From an uncultured Gemmatimonadales bacterium (GTDB lineage Bacteria; Gemmatimonadota; Gemmatimonadetes; Longimicrobiales; Gaopeijiaceae): a stretch of 64,000 nucleotides of DNA. Where the stretch lies: the NCBI GenBank assembly GCA_963823035.1, contig CAWGKG010000007.1:1-64000 (forward strand), read 5' to 3'. Positions 1-13,180 of this stretch are shown here, piece after piece. Under the pieces are notes generated by a model. The model was given only the letters and a program-made list of their open reading frames with translations, ran no database searches and had not been told where the DNA came from. Numbering within the stretch: the stretch's first letter is position 1; each line of letters starts with the position of its first letter. The position numbers and the translations under genes are program-made.

Positions 1-207
1 GTCTGAGCTAATTGACAACAGAGGTCGAGAGGGAAGTGAGAGCCTTAGGTGAGGCGACTCGTACCTACGCGTGAGGTCACGCAGTCCGGGTATGGGGAGC
101 CGAAGCCATTAAGAAGAAATAGGAAGTGACGGCTTTCTGGTGAGAAGAAGCGTAGGGAGGACTGATGGGAAAACGGCCACGGGAGCAAAAGCCGTGGACG
201 GAGCATC

Positions 208-964
208 GGTCAAGCAGAAAAGTGCACAGGGCGGATGCCTAGGCACGAGCCGGCGAAGAAGGACGTGGCAAGCTGCGAAAAGCCTCGGGGAGCTGCAAGC
301 GAGCGTCGATCCGGGGATGTCCGAATGGGGAAACCCGGCGGAGGTCATACTCCGTCATCCCGAGAGGGAAGCCAACCCAGGGAACTGAAACATCTAAGTA
401 CCTGGAGGAAGAGAAATCAACCGAGATTCCCCAAGTAGCGGCGAGCGAACGGGGAAGAGCCTAAACCGGGTGGGGTGAAACCTGTCCGGGGTTGTGGGGC
501 CCTAGGGAAACTGACCGAAAGCGTAGCGGAACGCGCCTGGAACGGCGGGCCGGAGAGGGTGAGAGCCCCGTATGCGAAACGCGAGTAGGGAGGTGCTAGG
601 GTACCCGAGTAGGCCGGGGCACGAGGAATCCCGGTCGAATCAGGGGGGACCATCCTCCAAGGCTAAATACGAGCTCGTGACCGATAGTGGAGAGTACCGT
701 GAGGGAAAGGTGAAAAGAACGCCTGACGGCGAGTGAAACAGAACCTGAAACCTTGTGCATACAAGCGGTCGGAGCCCGGGGCGCCTTACGGGGGGCTCGA
801 GGGTGACTGCGTGCCTTTTGCATTATGATCCGGCGAGTTGCTCCTCACGTGCGAGGTTAAGGCCTTCGGGGCCGGAGCCGAAGCGAAAGCGAGTCTTAAT
901 AGGGCGCATGAAGTACGCGGGGGCAGACCCGAAACTGAAGCGATCTATCCATGGCCAGGGTGAA
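208..964 (+). rRNA. rrl: Partial 23S rRNA (5' ~757 nt), divergent second variant
   Basis: Starts GGTCAAGC...GGATGCCTAGGCAC...GAAGAAGGACGTGG like a 23S 5' end. Collinear with 1146-1900, then breaks after CCAGGGTGAA into ITS-like sequence. Confidence 0.93.
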
Positions 965-1145
965 AACAGAGGTGGAGTAGGGAAGTGAGAGCCTTAGGTT
1001 GAGGCTAGGTCGTCCTAAGCGCAGTAAGGTCGCGCGGTCCGGGGCGGAGTAGCCGAAGCCCGTGAAGCAAGCAGGAAAGGAAGTGACGGCTTTCTGGTGT
1101 GACTGGAGGGGAATTGCAGCCCATAGGGGCAAGCAAGGAGCCATC

Positions 1146-4120
<2,975 letters not shown>

Positions 4121-4419
4121 GGCTCCTCTCCCCATCCAGTTTCACATCATCACACGATTGCGCCGCCACTTCCCGGGGACCCATCCGTGGGACCCCAACG
4201 GGAACCTGGGCTCGCACTCTCTCTACTCCACCTCTGTCCTTTTCTTTTGCAGGCCGAAGGAACGGCCCCACAAACCACGACGTACTGGGGCCGTTCAAAT
4301 CGGATGCAGGAGTAGGCGGGCGAGGACGACGACCGAGGCGTACCGAAAGGTACGTCGCAGGTCGGCGCCCGGAGCCCAACGACCTCCTGCGCCGATTTCA
4401 ACGGCCCGCCTCAGGATTT

Positions 4420-4536
4420 GTCGGTGGCTTTAGCGTAGGGGATACACCCGTTCCCATCCCGAACACGGTCGTTAAGCCCTACAGCGCGGATGGTACTGCC
4501 GGGGCAGCTCGGTGGGAGAGTACGTCGCCGCCGACT
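4420..4536 (+). rRNA. rrf: 5S rRNA
   Basis: GTCGGTGGC...ACACCCGTTCCCATCCCGAACACGG...GATGGTACTG...GGGAGAGTA...GCCGCCGAC, with complementary ends. Confidence 0.98.
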
Positions 4537-4543
4537 CCTTGCT

Positions 4544-4589
4544 GAACGCCCCCGCTTCGCTTTACTCGCGTCGCGGGGGCGTTCTCTTT
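4544..4589 (+). terminator. Intrinsic terminator of rRNA operon
   Basis: GAACGCCCCCGC...GCGGGGGCGTTC inverted repeat followed by TCTTT. Confidence 0.75.
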
Positions 4590-4696
4590 GCCGGACCACG
4601 TGGCGCCCCGGTCCCTGCGTCCGGGCGCGGCCTTCCCCTTCCGATCCGCGCGTAGGCCCTGTTCGGGAGCGCCCGACACCCCGAACTTTGGCGGCC

Positions 4697-5647
4697 ATGT
4701 CCGAGCACGCCGACGCCCCCCAGCCCCAGGCCCAGGCCCCCCGCACGCGGGCCGGCTACGTCACGCTCGTCGGCCGCCCGAACGCCGGGAAGTCGACGCT
4801 CATGAACCGGCTGGTGGGCGAGCACCTGTCGATCGTCACGGAAAAGGCGCAGACGACGTGGCAGCGCGTGACGGGGATACTGAGCACGGACGACAGCCAG
4901 CTCATCTTCCTCGACACCCCGGGACTCCTCGAGGCCCGGGACCTCCTGCAGCGCGCCATGCTCGGCGCCGCGCTGGAAGCCCTCCACGAGGCGGACGTGG
5001 TCCTGGTGGTCGTGGACTCCCGCCATCCCCCGGGGCGCGAAGATCGCGAACGCCTCGAGGCCGCGCTCTCCGAGACGCGCGCGCCGACACACGTGGCCCT
5101 CAACAAGATGGACGTGGCCGACGCGGAAGGCGTGTCCGCCTGGGAGGCGTGGGCGGCGGGGGAGGGGCGGAAGGTACACGCCATCTCCGCGCTCCGCGGC
5201 GACGGCACGGACGAGCTCCTCGCCGCCGTCGCCGCCGACCTCCCGGAGGGGCCCTTCCTCTATCCGGCGGACGACATCGCCACCGACCCGGTGCGCTTCT
5301 TCGTGGCGGAGCTGGTGCGCGAGACCGTGTTCGAGCGCTACGGCGAGGAGATCCCCTACTCCACCTTCTGCCGGGTCGAGGAGTTCCGGGAGGCACAGGA
5401 TCCGGCGTACATCGCCGTGAACGTCTACGTCGAGCGAGCCTCGCAGAAGGGGATCCTCATCGGGAAGGGCGGGCAGGCGATCCGGGAGCTGGGCCAGCGC
5501 GCGCGGGCGAAGATCGAACACTTTCTGGGCCGCCGGGTGTACCTGGAGCTGTGGGTGAAGCCGCTGAAATCGTGGCGGAAGAACCGTGCCCGCCTCGGAT
5601 CGCTTGGATTCCGACTTCCGGAGGACGATGAAGCCGGCCGGCCGTAG
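4697..5647 (+). CDS. era: GTPase Era
   Basis: GRPNAGKSTL, QTT, DTPG and NKMD GTPase motifs. EEIPY and KH-domain SQKGILIGKGG. Confidence 0.97.
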   Translation: MSEHADAPQPQAQAPRTRAGYVTLVGRPNAGKSTLMNRLVGEHLSIVTEKAQTTWQRVTGILSTDDSQLIFLDTPGLLEARDLLQRAMLGAALEALHEADVVLVVVDSRHPPGREDRERLEAALSETRAPTHVALNKMDVADAEGVSAWEAWAAGEGRKVHAISALRGDGTDELLAAVAADLPEGPFLYPADDIATDPVRFFVAELVRETVFERYGEEIPYSTFCRVEEFREAQDPAYIAVNVYVERASQKGILIGKGGQAIRELGQRARAKIEHFLGRRVYLELWVKPLKSWRKNRARLGSLGFRLPEDDEAGRP

Positions 5648-6617
5648 CAGCATCCTCGCGCTCGTGCTCCTCGCGGTGCTGGCGGGCGCGACGGACGCAC
5701 AGGAACAGGAGCCGTCCTCGAACGAGGGCGCGCTCTTCCTGCTCCTGCCCGTGGGCGCCCAGGCCGTCGCCACGGGCCGGGCGATGACCGCGATGCAGGG
5801 ATCGGAATCCGCCTTCTGGAATCCGGCCGGGCTGGCCGCGCTGGGCGGATCGCGTGTCGTCCTCTTCCGCGGCGACCACGCCGTGGGTACCGCCACGGCG
5901 ATCTCGACGCTGTTCGCCAACCCGGGCGTCGGGACCATCGGCGTCTCGTACCTCCTCCTGGACATCGGGGACCAGGAGCTCACCGACGCCGACGGCAACC
6001 AGCTCGGCACGGTATCGGTGCGCAACCACCTGGGGATCGCCTCCTTCGCGGCCCACCTCCTCGGACGGCTCGACGCCGGCGTCAACTTCAAGGTGGTCCA
6101 GTTCCGCCTCTCCTGCCGGGGGATCTGCCCGGACGCCGGCACCACGGCCACCACGTACGCGGTCGACGCCGGCATCCAGCTCACCCCCACCCGCGATCTC
6201 CCGCTCCGTCTGGGCGCCATGGTCGCGCACCTGGGCCCCAAGCTGCAGGTGCTGAACGCCGCGCAGGCGGATCCTCTCCCCTCGCGCATTCGCGTCGCGG
6301 CCGCGTACGACGTGCTGGGCAAGCTCGAAGCCGCGCAGGACGTGCAGGGTTGGGTCGCCGTGGAGGTGCAGAGCCGGCTCCGCGAGCCGGGGATGCTCTC
6401 GCTCTATGTCGGCACCGAGCTGCAGGCCGGCGTCTCCGACGCCCTCTTCCTGCGCGCCGGTTACGTCGCCGGCGACCTGGGGCAGGAGGATGGAGCCCGC
6501 GTCGGGCTCGGCCTTCGCTTCCAGAGCTTCGACCTGGCGATCGCGAAGTCGCTGGCCGTGTCCACGCTGACCGGAGAGACGGAGCCGGTCCACGTCACCT
6601 TCTCGATCGGCTTCTGA
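5628..6617 (+). CDS. PorV/PorQ-like outer-membrane beta-barrel protein
   Basis: Signal peptide, FLLLPVGAQAVATG..AFWNPAGLA motif, amphipathic strands and terminal Phe. Confidence 0.7.
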   Translation: MKPAGRSSILALVLLAVLAGATDAQEQEPSSNEGALFLLLPVGAQAVATGRAMTAMQGSESAFWNPAGLAALGGSRVVLFRGDHAVGTATAISTLFANPGVGTIGVSYLLLDIGDQELTDADGNQLGTVSVRNHLGIASFAAHLLGRLDAGVNFKVVQFRLSCRGICPDAGTTATTYAVDAGIQLTPTRDLPLRLGAMVAHLGPKLQVLNAAQADPLPSRIRVAAAYDVLGKLEAAQDVQGWVAVEVQSRLREPGMLSLYVGTELQAGVSDALFLRAGYVAGDLGQEDGARVGLGLRFQSFDLAIAKSLAVSTLTGETEPVHVTFSIGF

Positions 6618-7447
6618 TGGTCGGAGGCCACCTGCGCCGGAGACGCGCGTCCCCGGCCACCGCGGGGCTGAGGGCGTCCCTCCTGTGTGTCCTCCTGTGC
6701 GCGGCGCGCCCGGCGACCGCGCAGCTCCCGGCTCGAGGGGTGCCGACGTCGCCACCGCTGCCTGCGGCGGTCGCGGGACGATCGCTGGTCGTACCGGGGT
6801 GGGGGCAGCACGCCCTCGGACAGAGGCGGGCGTGGGCGTACCTGGCCCTGGAAGCGGCGTTCTGGGCATACTGGGCGGACCGCAGGTCCGCCGGTGGCGA
6901 TGCCCGAGACGCCTACCGTGACCTCGCCTGGGCCGAAGCACGCCTCCCCGCGGGCCGCAGGGTGGACGGCGACTGGGCGTACTACGAGACGCTGGAGGAA
7001 TGGACGCGTTCCGGCGCCTACGACACGGACCCCCAGCGTTCCGGCGTCCAGCCGGAGTCGGATGCGACCACGTTCAACGGCTACGTCTGGAGTCTCGCGA
7101 GGGGCCAGTACTTCGCGGGCGGAACCGAGCCCTCCGAGAACGACCCGGCCTACGCGCAAGCGCTCGCCTACTACCAGCGGAGAGCCTACGGAGGCGACTA
7201 CCTCTGGGACTGGTCGGGGAAGGAGGGGGCACTGCAGCGCTACGAGGGACTGATCCGGGAAAGCGACGATCGCTTCCACCAGGCGACGACGGCGCTCGGC
7301 GCGGTCCTCGCCAACCACCTCCTCTCGGCCGCCGACGGCTTCCTTTCGGCTCGGTTGCGGGGAGAGGCGGGTCTCAGGGTCGTGCCGGGCTCGACGACGG
7401 CAAGGTCCGGATGGACGCTCACCCTCCGCCTGCGGCCCGCACGATGA
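6617..7447 (+). CDS. Exported/membrane hypothetical protein (DUF5683-like PGWGQ motif)
   Basis: TGATG overlap with the upstream gene, signal-like N-terminus, SLVVPGWGQ motif, ATGA overlap with rnr. Confidence 0.6.
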   Translation: MVGGHLRRRRASPATAGLRASLLCVLLCAARPATAQLPARGVPTSPPLPAAVAGRSLVVPGWGQHALGQRRAWAYLALEAAFWAYWADRRSAGGDARDAYRDLAWAEARLPAGRRVDGDWAYYETLEEWTRSGAYDTDPQRSGVQPESDATTFNGYVWSLARGQYFAGGTEPSENDPAYAQALAYYQRRAYGGDYLWDWSGKEGALQRYEGLIRESDDRFHQATTALGAVLANHLLSAADGFLSARLRGEAGLRVVPGSTTARSGWTLTLRLRPAR

Positions 7448-9597
7448 GCGCGGAGCAGGAAGCCGTCGAGGGTCGCGTCCTGGCCGTGTTGGCGGCATCC
7501 CGCCGGGGGCCGCTCAAGCCGAAGGAGCTTGCGCGCGCCCTCGACGTTCCTACCGACGACTACCGTCGGTTCAAGCGTCTCCTGGCCGGGCTGGAGCGCG
7601 CAGGGAAGGTGTATCGCGTGAAGGGCAACCGGTACGGTCTCCCCGAGCGGATGGACCTGCGCGTAGGCCCGGCCTCCGTGACGCGCAATGGAGACGCGTT
7701 CGTCCGTGTGGAGGGCGGAGGAGCGGATGTCTTCGTGCCCGGCGTGAACCTCGGCTCGACGATGGACGGCGACCGCGTGGTCGTCCGCATCGAGGGCCAC
7801 CCGCCGGGTCGCAGCCCGGTGGGACGCGTCATCAAGGTGCTGGAGCGCGCCCGCACCGCGGTGGTGGGCACGCTGCATCGGGGGCGACGCTTCTGGTACG
7901 TCGTGCCGCTCGACCGGCGGATGACGAAGGACATCCTCATCCCGGACGGCGATCACGGCGGCGCCGAGGACGGGGACGTGGTCACCGTGCGCATCGTCTC
8001 GTTCGGCGAGGGGAAGGTCGGTCCTTCCGGCGAGGTGGATCGGGTGCTGGGGCCGCTCTCCGATCCGGGCGTGGACGTGCTGGCCGTCGCCTACAGCTAC
8101 GGGCTCGTGCTCGACTTCCCGGCCGAAGTCGCTCGGGCCGCCGAGGGGGCGGCCTCCCGAGGCCTCGAGGACACGGGGGAAGGACGCGAGGACCATACCG
8201 ACCTGCTGGTCTTCACCATCGATCCGGCGGATGCGAAGGACCACGACGACGCGCTCTCGGTGCGCGTCCTGGACGATCGGCGGTGGGAAGTCGGCGTCCA
8301 CATCGCCGACGTGTCCCACTACGTGCCCGAGGACGGTCCCGTGGACCTGGAGGCCCGGCGACGCGGCACCAGCGTGTACCTGGTGGACCGCGTGGTCCCG
8401 ATGCTGCCGGAGGCGCTCTCGGGCGACGCCTGCTCGCTGCGGGCCGGCGTCGACCGTCTGGCGGTGTCGGTCTTCCTCACCCTGGACGCATCGGGCGCGG
8501 TGCTCGGGCAGTCGTTCACGCGAACCTTGATCCGGAGCGCGCACCGCTTCTCGTACGAAGAGGTCCAGGAGGTGCTGGACGGGAAGCGCGCGGTCGGCCA
8601 GGAGGTCGACGACGCCATCCGCCGGCTGGACGACCTGGCCCGGGGCGTGCGTCGCCGGCGCGGGGAGCGAGGCTCGCTCGACCTCGACCTCCCGGAGGCG
8701 AAGGTGCTCCTGGACGCCGACGGCGTCCCCCTCGACATCCAACGCGTGGAGCGGCTGGAGGCGCACCGGCTGGTCGAGGACTTCATGATCCTCGCGAACG
8801 AGGCCGTGGCGCGAGCGTGCGATGCCCGCGATCTCCCGGTGCTCTACCGCGTGCACGAGCCACCCATGAAGGAGAAGACGGAGGAGCTCGTCGAGTTCCT
8901 GCAGCGGCTCGGCCTGCGGATGCCGCGCCGGAAGAAGCTCACCCCGCGCGACGTGCAGCGCCTCCTGGAGTCGGCGCGCGGCCGCCCCGACGAAGACCTG
9001 ATCTCCACCGTCGTTCTGCGCTCCCTGCAACGCGCGCGCTACGACCGGAGGAACCTGGGGCACTTCGGGCTCGCCTCCGAAGCGTACCTGCATTTCACGT
9101 CGCCCATCCGGCGCTACCCGGACCTCGTCGTCCACCGCGAGGTGGTGCGCACCCTCGTCGACGGAAAGCCGGCGCGCCAGCGCGACGCGGACGAGCTCGC
9201 CTCGCTCGGCATGCTGTGCAGCGCGCGCGAGGAAGCGGCCGACGAGGCGGAGCGGGACTCGATCGCGCTCAAGAAGGTGGAGTTCATGGAGCGACACCTC
9301 GCAGAGGAGTTCGACGGACGCATCTCCGGTGTCACCGCATTCGGCTTCTTCGTCACCCTCGACGCATATTTCGTGGACGGCCTCGTTCACGTGAACAGCC
9401 TGCGCGACGACTTCTATCGCCTTCTGGAGGGATCGTACGCCCTCGTGGGCGACCGCGGACGCCGCCGCTTCCGCCTGGGCGACCGCGTGCGGGTCCAGGT
9501 GGTTCGCGTGGACAAGGAGGCCCGACATGTCGACTTCAACCTGGTCGGGAGGCGGGCTCCTACAGAGGGTTTGACACCGCCGCCAAGCCGGCGGTAA
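7444..9597 (+). CDS. rnr: Ribonuclease R
   Basis: TIDPADAKDHDDA, VHIADVS and HFTSPIRRYPD motifs, C-terminal S1 domain. Confidence 0.97.
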   Translation: MSAEQEAVEGRVLAVLAASRRGPLKPKELARALDVPTDDYRRFKRLLAGLERAGKVYRVKGNRYGLPERMDLRVGPASVTRNGDAFVRVEGGGADVFVPGVNLGSTMDGDRVVVRIEGHPPGRSPVGRVIKVLERARTAVVGTLHRGRRFWYVVPLDRRMTKDILIPDGDHGGAEDGDVVTVRIVSFGEGKVGPSGEVDRVLGPLSDPGVDVLAVAYSYGLVLDFPAEVARAAEGAASRGLEDTGEGREDHTDLLVFTIDPADAKDHDDALSVRVLDDRRWEVGVHIADVSHYVPEDGPVDLEARRRGTSVYLVDRVVPMLPEALSGDACSLRAGVDRLAVSVFLTLDASGAVLGQSFTRTLIRSAHRFSYEEVQEVLDGKRAVGQEVDDAIRRLDDLARGVRRRRGERGSLDLDLPEAKVLLDADGVPLDIQRVERLEAHRLVEDFMILANEAVARACDARDLPVLYRVHEPPMKEKTEELVEFLQRLGLRMPRRKKLTPRDVQRLLESARGRPDEDLISTVVLRSLQRARYDRRNLGHFGLASEAYLHFTSPIRRYPDLVVHREVVRTLVDGKPARQRDADELASLGMLCSAREEAADEAERDSIALKKVEFMERHLAEEFDGRISGVTAFGFFVTLDAYFVDGLVHVNSLRDDFYRLLEGSYALVGDRGRRRFRLGDRVRVQVVRVDKEARHVDFNLVGRRAPTEGLTPPPSRR

Positions 9598-9600
9598 CGT
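9571..9600 (+). promoter_or_regulatory. Putative sigma70 promoter for the GGDEF gene, inside the rnr 3' end
   Basis: TTGACA-18 nt-TAACGT, 35 nt before ATG 9636. Confidence 0.5.
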
Positions 9601-9635
9601 CCAAATCTGGCCTCTTGCCCCCCGACAGCTCACGG

Positions 9636-10658
9636 ATGGCTTCAGAGAAGACGGTCCTCTACTTCGGGCCGGGTCGGCCGCACCCGGCGCCCCTCGTCGC
9701 CCAATTCGGCGAACGAGACGGTCTCTCCGTCCTGACGGTGGGCCGTGCGGACGACGTGCGCGCGCTGCTTAACCGCACGTTCCCGAAATGCCTCATGATG
9801 GAGACGGGCCCACAGGCCGGAGAGGTCCTCGAGCTGGTGCGCGGCCTCAAGCAGGATGCGTTCACGGCCATCGTGCCGGTCGTGGCCCTGGTGCCCGCCG
9901 ACGAGCCGGACCTCGCGGCGGAGCTTCTCGCCGCGGGCGCCGACGAGGTGATCCACGAGGGATTGCCGCACCGCGAGAAGATCCTCCGCCTCGAACAGGT
10001 GCTCAAGCGCGCCGATCGGGACGTGAGCGTGCACCCCACGACGCGCCTGCCGGGCACGAACCACATCGCCCGCGACATGGCGTACCGGTTGGCGGCGGGG
10101 GAGAGGTTCGCCGTATGCTACGCGGACCTCGATCACTTCAAGGAGTTCAACGACCGGTACGGGTACACGTTCGGCGACGGCGTCATCCGAATCCTGTCGC
10201 GCATCCTGAGGGACATGGTGAGGGGATTGGCGCCGGGAGGGTTCGTGGGCCACATCGGGGGAGACGACTTCATCTTCAACGTCCCCCTGCAGTTTCTCGA
10301 GGACACCTGCGACGAGGTCATCCAACTCTTCGACGAGTTGATCCCGTATCAGTACACCGAAGAGGATCGAAGGGCAGGGTATTTCGTCGGAAAGGACCGG
10401 CGTGGCCACATCCATCGCATCCCGCTCATGACCCTCTCGATCGGCGTCGTGACGAACCAGTTCCAGACGTTCGAGCATACGGGTCAGATCTCCGAGCTGG
10501 CCGCCGAGATGAAGTCCTACGCCAAGACGCTCCCGGGATCCGTCTACGTCGTCGATCGTCGACATCAGCTCCCCACCCTGGAGACCGCCTCCGCCGCGGA
10601 TGCGGAGACCCTGGCGGCGCCGGAGAATTCCGCGCCGCCGACCGAGGCCACCACCTAG
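9636..10658 (+). CDS. Diguanylate cyclase with degenerate receiver domain
   Basis: YADLDHFKEFNDRYG...GHIGGDDF, and a REC-like N-terminus (IVPVVAL, AAGADEVI). Confidence 0.88.
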   Translation: MASEKTVLYFGPGRPHPAPLVAQFGERDGLSVLTVGRADDVRALLNRTFPKCLMMETGPQAGEVLELVRGLKQDAFTAIVPVVALVPADEPDLAAELLAAGADEVIHEGLPHREKILRLEQVLKRADRDVSVHPTTRLPGTNHIARDMAYRLAAGERFAVCYADLDHFKEFNDRYGYTFGDGVIRILSRILRDMVRGLAPGGFVGHIGGDDFIFNVPLQFLEDTCDEVIQLFDELIPYQYTEEDRRAGYFVGKDRRGHIHRIPLMTLSIGVVTNQFQTFEHTGQISELAAEMKSYAKTLPGSVYVVDRRHQLPTLETASAADAETLAAPENSAPPTEATT

Positions 10659-10673
10659 AGAGATGGACTGACC

Positions 10674-11935
10674 ATGGTCATCACCGTCCAGTGCCCCTCG
10701 TGCGCAACGTCGTTCCCGGTGGACCCCCGCAAGATCCCCGAGAAGGGCGTGAAGGTCCGCTGCTCGTCCTGCTCGGAGATCTTCCGGGTGGAGCGTCCGG
10801 TCGAGGTGGCACCTCCGCCTCCGCCTCCGCCGCCCACGCCCACGCCCACGCCCCGGTCGAGGCTCCGGTCGAAGCGGAGGCGCGATCCGAGCCGACGGAG
10901 GACGTCCGGGCAGGGACTCCCTGGGCGGACCCCGCGCCGCCTGCCGCGCCGGAACCCGTCGTCGACCAGGCGCCGCACTTCGAGGCCGCTCCGGCCGAGG
11001 AGGCTCCGCGCTTCGAGGCCGCTCCGGCCGAGGAGGCCACGATTCGAGGCGCCCCCGAGGAAGCGCCGCCGGAGGAGCCACGCAGGGACTCCTTCCTCGA
11101 CTGGCGGACTGCGGAGCCCGAAGCCGCCGCCGAGTCGACGCGTGACCTCTCCACCACCATGGAGGAGGCGGCCGAAGCGGCGGCCGACGACCTCTCCACG
11201 ACCATGGACGACACCGCCGACGCGACAACGGAGGCATTCTCCGCGACGACGGAGGCGGCTTCCGACCCGGCCGGGGGCTTGTCGGACGTCGCGAGCGGGT
11301 CGGTCGACGACTGGGTCATGGAGACCGAGGAGGATCTCGAGCCGAGCGGCCTCGACATCGAGAGGATGGACACGGTCCAGTCTTCCGCGGAGGGGATCCG
11401 CGACGAGGTCACGCTCACCGACCTCCCCTCGGACTTCGAGACAGGTGGACCGCCCGTCCGGGAAGCCGCACCGGAGGAATCTGCGCCTGCCCCGCTGGAG
11501 GAGGAAACGACCCTCCCGGCCTCGTTCCACCAGCCTGCGGACACCTTCGCCACCTCGCGTCCCGAGGCTCCGCCCGCACCCCCACCTGCACCTGCATCCC
11601 CACCCGAGCCCTTCGTGCCGATGACGCCGGTGACCCCGGAGCCCCCGCCGGTCGAGAGCACCTCCGGGGTAGGCGCGTTCACCTTCGGCAAGCGCGATCC
11701 AAAGGACAAGGCGCGCAGGCTCGCGCGCGTGCTCGTCTCCGACATGATCATGTACAACCCGGAACGGCATGAGCGCGCCCTCGCCAACGGCACGCTCAAG
11801 CAGGACTTCGAGGACGAGATCAGGAAGTCCTGGAAGGAATACGTGGAGCAAGTGGGCGAGGAGATGGCGCAGGGGAACCCTTTCTGGGCCGATGCGTTGA
11901 ACGACGTGCTCGCCAAGGGAGAGAAGATGTTCTGA
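10674..11935 (+). CDS. Zinc-ribbon (MJ0042-type) protein with Pro/Glu-rich linker and helical C-terminal domain (frameshift ~10850)
   Basis: CPSC..F.V..KIP..G.KVRCSSC in one frame. The linker and KARRLARVLVSDMIMYNP domain lie in the frame ending at 11935. Confidence 0.8.
10978..11037 (+). repeat. Intragenic tandem repeat, 33-bp period (FEAAPAEEA x2)
   Basis: CTTCGAGGCCGCTCCGGCCGAGGAGGC at 10978 and 11011. Confidence 0.85.
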
Positions 11936-11962
11936 CGTCGGCGCCCGCGGCCCCGGGGGTTG

Positions 11963-11991
11963 TTGATGGCCACTCCCGGCGCCGGTATATT
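11963..11991 (+). promoter_or_regulatory. Putative sigma70 promoter of the prfB-lysS operon
   Basis: TTGATG-17 nt-TATATT, followed by the leader hairpin GAGGGGCCGTCC..GGACGGCCCCTC (12011-12039). Confidence 0.6.
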
Positions 11992-12065
11992 TTGGCCCGT
12001 TGGGTCTGAGGAGGGGCCGTCCCGGGCGGACGGCCCCTCTCGTGCGTTCCTGAACCGGTCGAGCC

Positions 12066-13176
12066 ATGAACAAGGAGCAGATGGAGAGACTCGCCGAGCT
12101 CGAGGAGAAGGTCTCCGAGCTCAGGGGGTATCTTTGACGTCGACAATCGCCGCGAGCGGCTGAAGGTCCTGGACGGGGCGATGGCCGAGCCGGGCTTCTG
12201 GGACAAGCAGGAGAAGGCGCGGGAGACGATCGCCGAAGCCAACCGGATCAAGTCGTGGGTCGATCCGTGGACGGGCCTCCGTGAGCGCATCGGCGACCTG
12301 CAGGCCATGGCCGAGCTCCTCGAAGAGGAGTCGGACGCGGAGCTCCTTTCGGAGTGGGAGCGTGGCCTCGACGCGCTGACGGCGGGGGTGGAGTCGCTGG
12401 AGGTCAAGACGATGCTCCAGGGTGAGGACGACCACCGCGAGGCGATCGTCACGATCCACCCGGGCGCCGGGGGGACCGAATCGCAGGATTGGGCCGAGAT
12501 GCTCATGCGCATGTATACGCGTTGGGCCGAGCGGCACGACTTCGAGGTGGACATCCTCGATCTGCAGCCTGGGGAGGAGGCGGGGATCAAGAGCGCCACG
12601 CTCGAGATCAACGGCATGAGCGCCTACGGTTACCTGAAGGCCGAGGCGGGCGTGCACCGCCTGGTGCGCATCTCACCCTTCGACGCCCAGTCGCGCAGAC
12701 ACACTTCCTTCGCGAGCGTATTCGTCTACCCGATGATCGACGACACCATCGAGATCGACATCGACGAGGGGGACCTGCGCATCGACACCTACCGTGCTTC
12801 CGGGGCGGGCGGCCAGCACGTGAACAAGACCGACTCGGCCGTGCGCATCACGCACGAGCCGACCGGCATCGTGGTGGCCTGCCAGCAGGAGCGCTCGCAG
12901 TTCAAGAACAAGGCGACCGCGATGAAGATGCTCCGGGCCGCCTTGTACCAGCACGCGCTCGAGGCGCGGGACAAGGAGCGCGCGGTGCTCGAGTCCACCA
13001 AGACCGAGATCGCATGGGGCCAACAGATCCGCTCCTACGTCTTCCAGCCGTACACGATGGTCAACGACCACCGGACCGAGTTGAAGATCGGTGACGTCCA
13101 GCGCGTCATGGACGGGGATCTCGACCCGTTCATCGAAGCCTACCTGAAGCAGTTCGGCGCCGCGTCGGCCGCGTAG
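12066..13176 (+). CDS. prfB: Peptide chain release factor 2 (programmed +1 frameshift)
   Basis: SPF and GGQ motifs. A short first ORF from ATG 12066 ends at AGGGGG-TAT-CTT-TGA-C (12123-12138) and continues in the +1 frame. Confidence 0.98.
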
Positions 13177-13180
13177 TCGC

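Noticed and set aside
10811..11210. CCTCCG/CCCACG runs and 33/45-bp repeats as a possible CRISPR or contingency locus
   Set aside because: In-frame low-complexity linker repeats without spacers. The nearby frameshift is better explained as an indel error.
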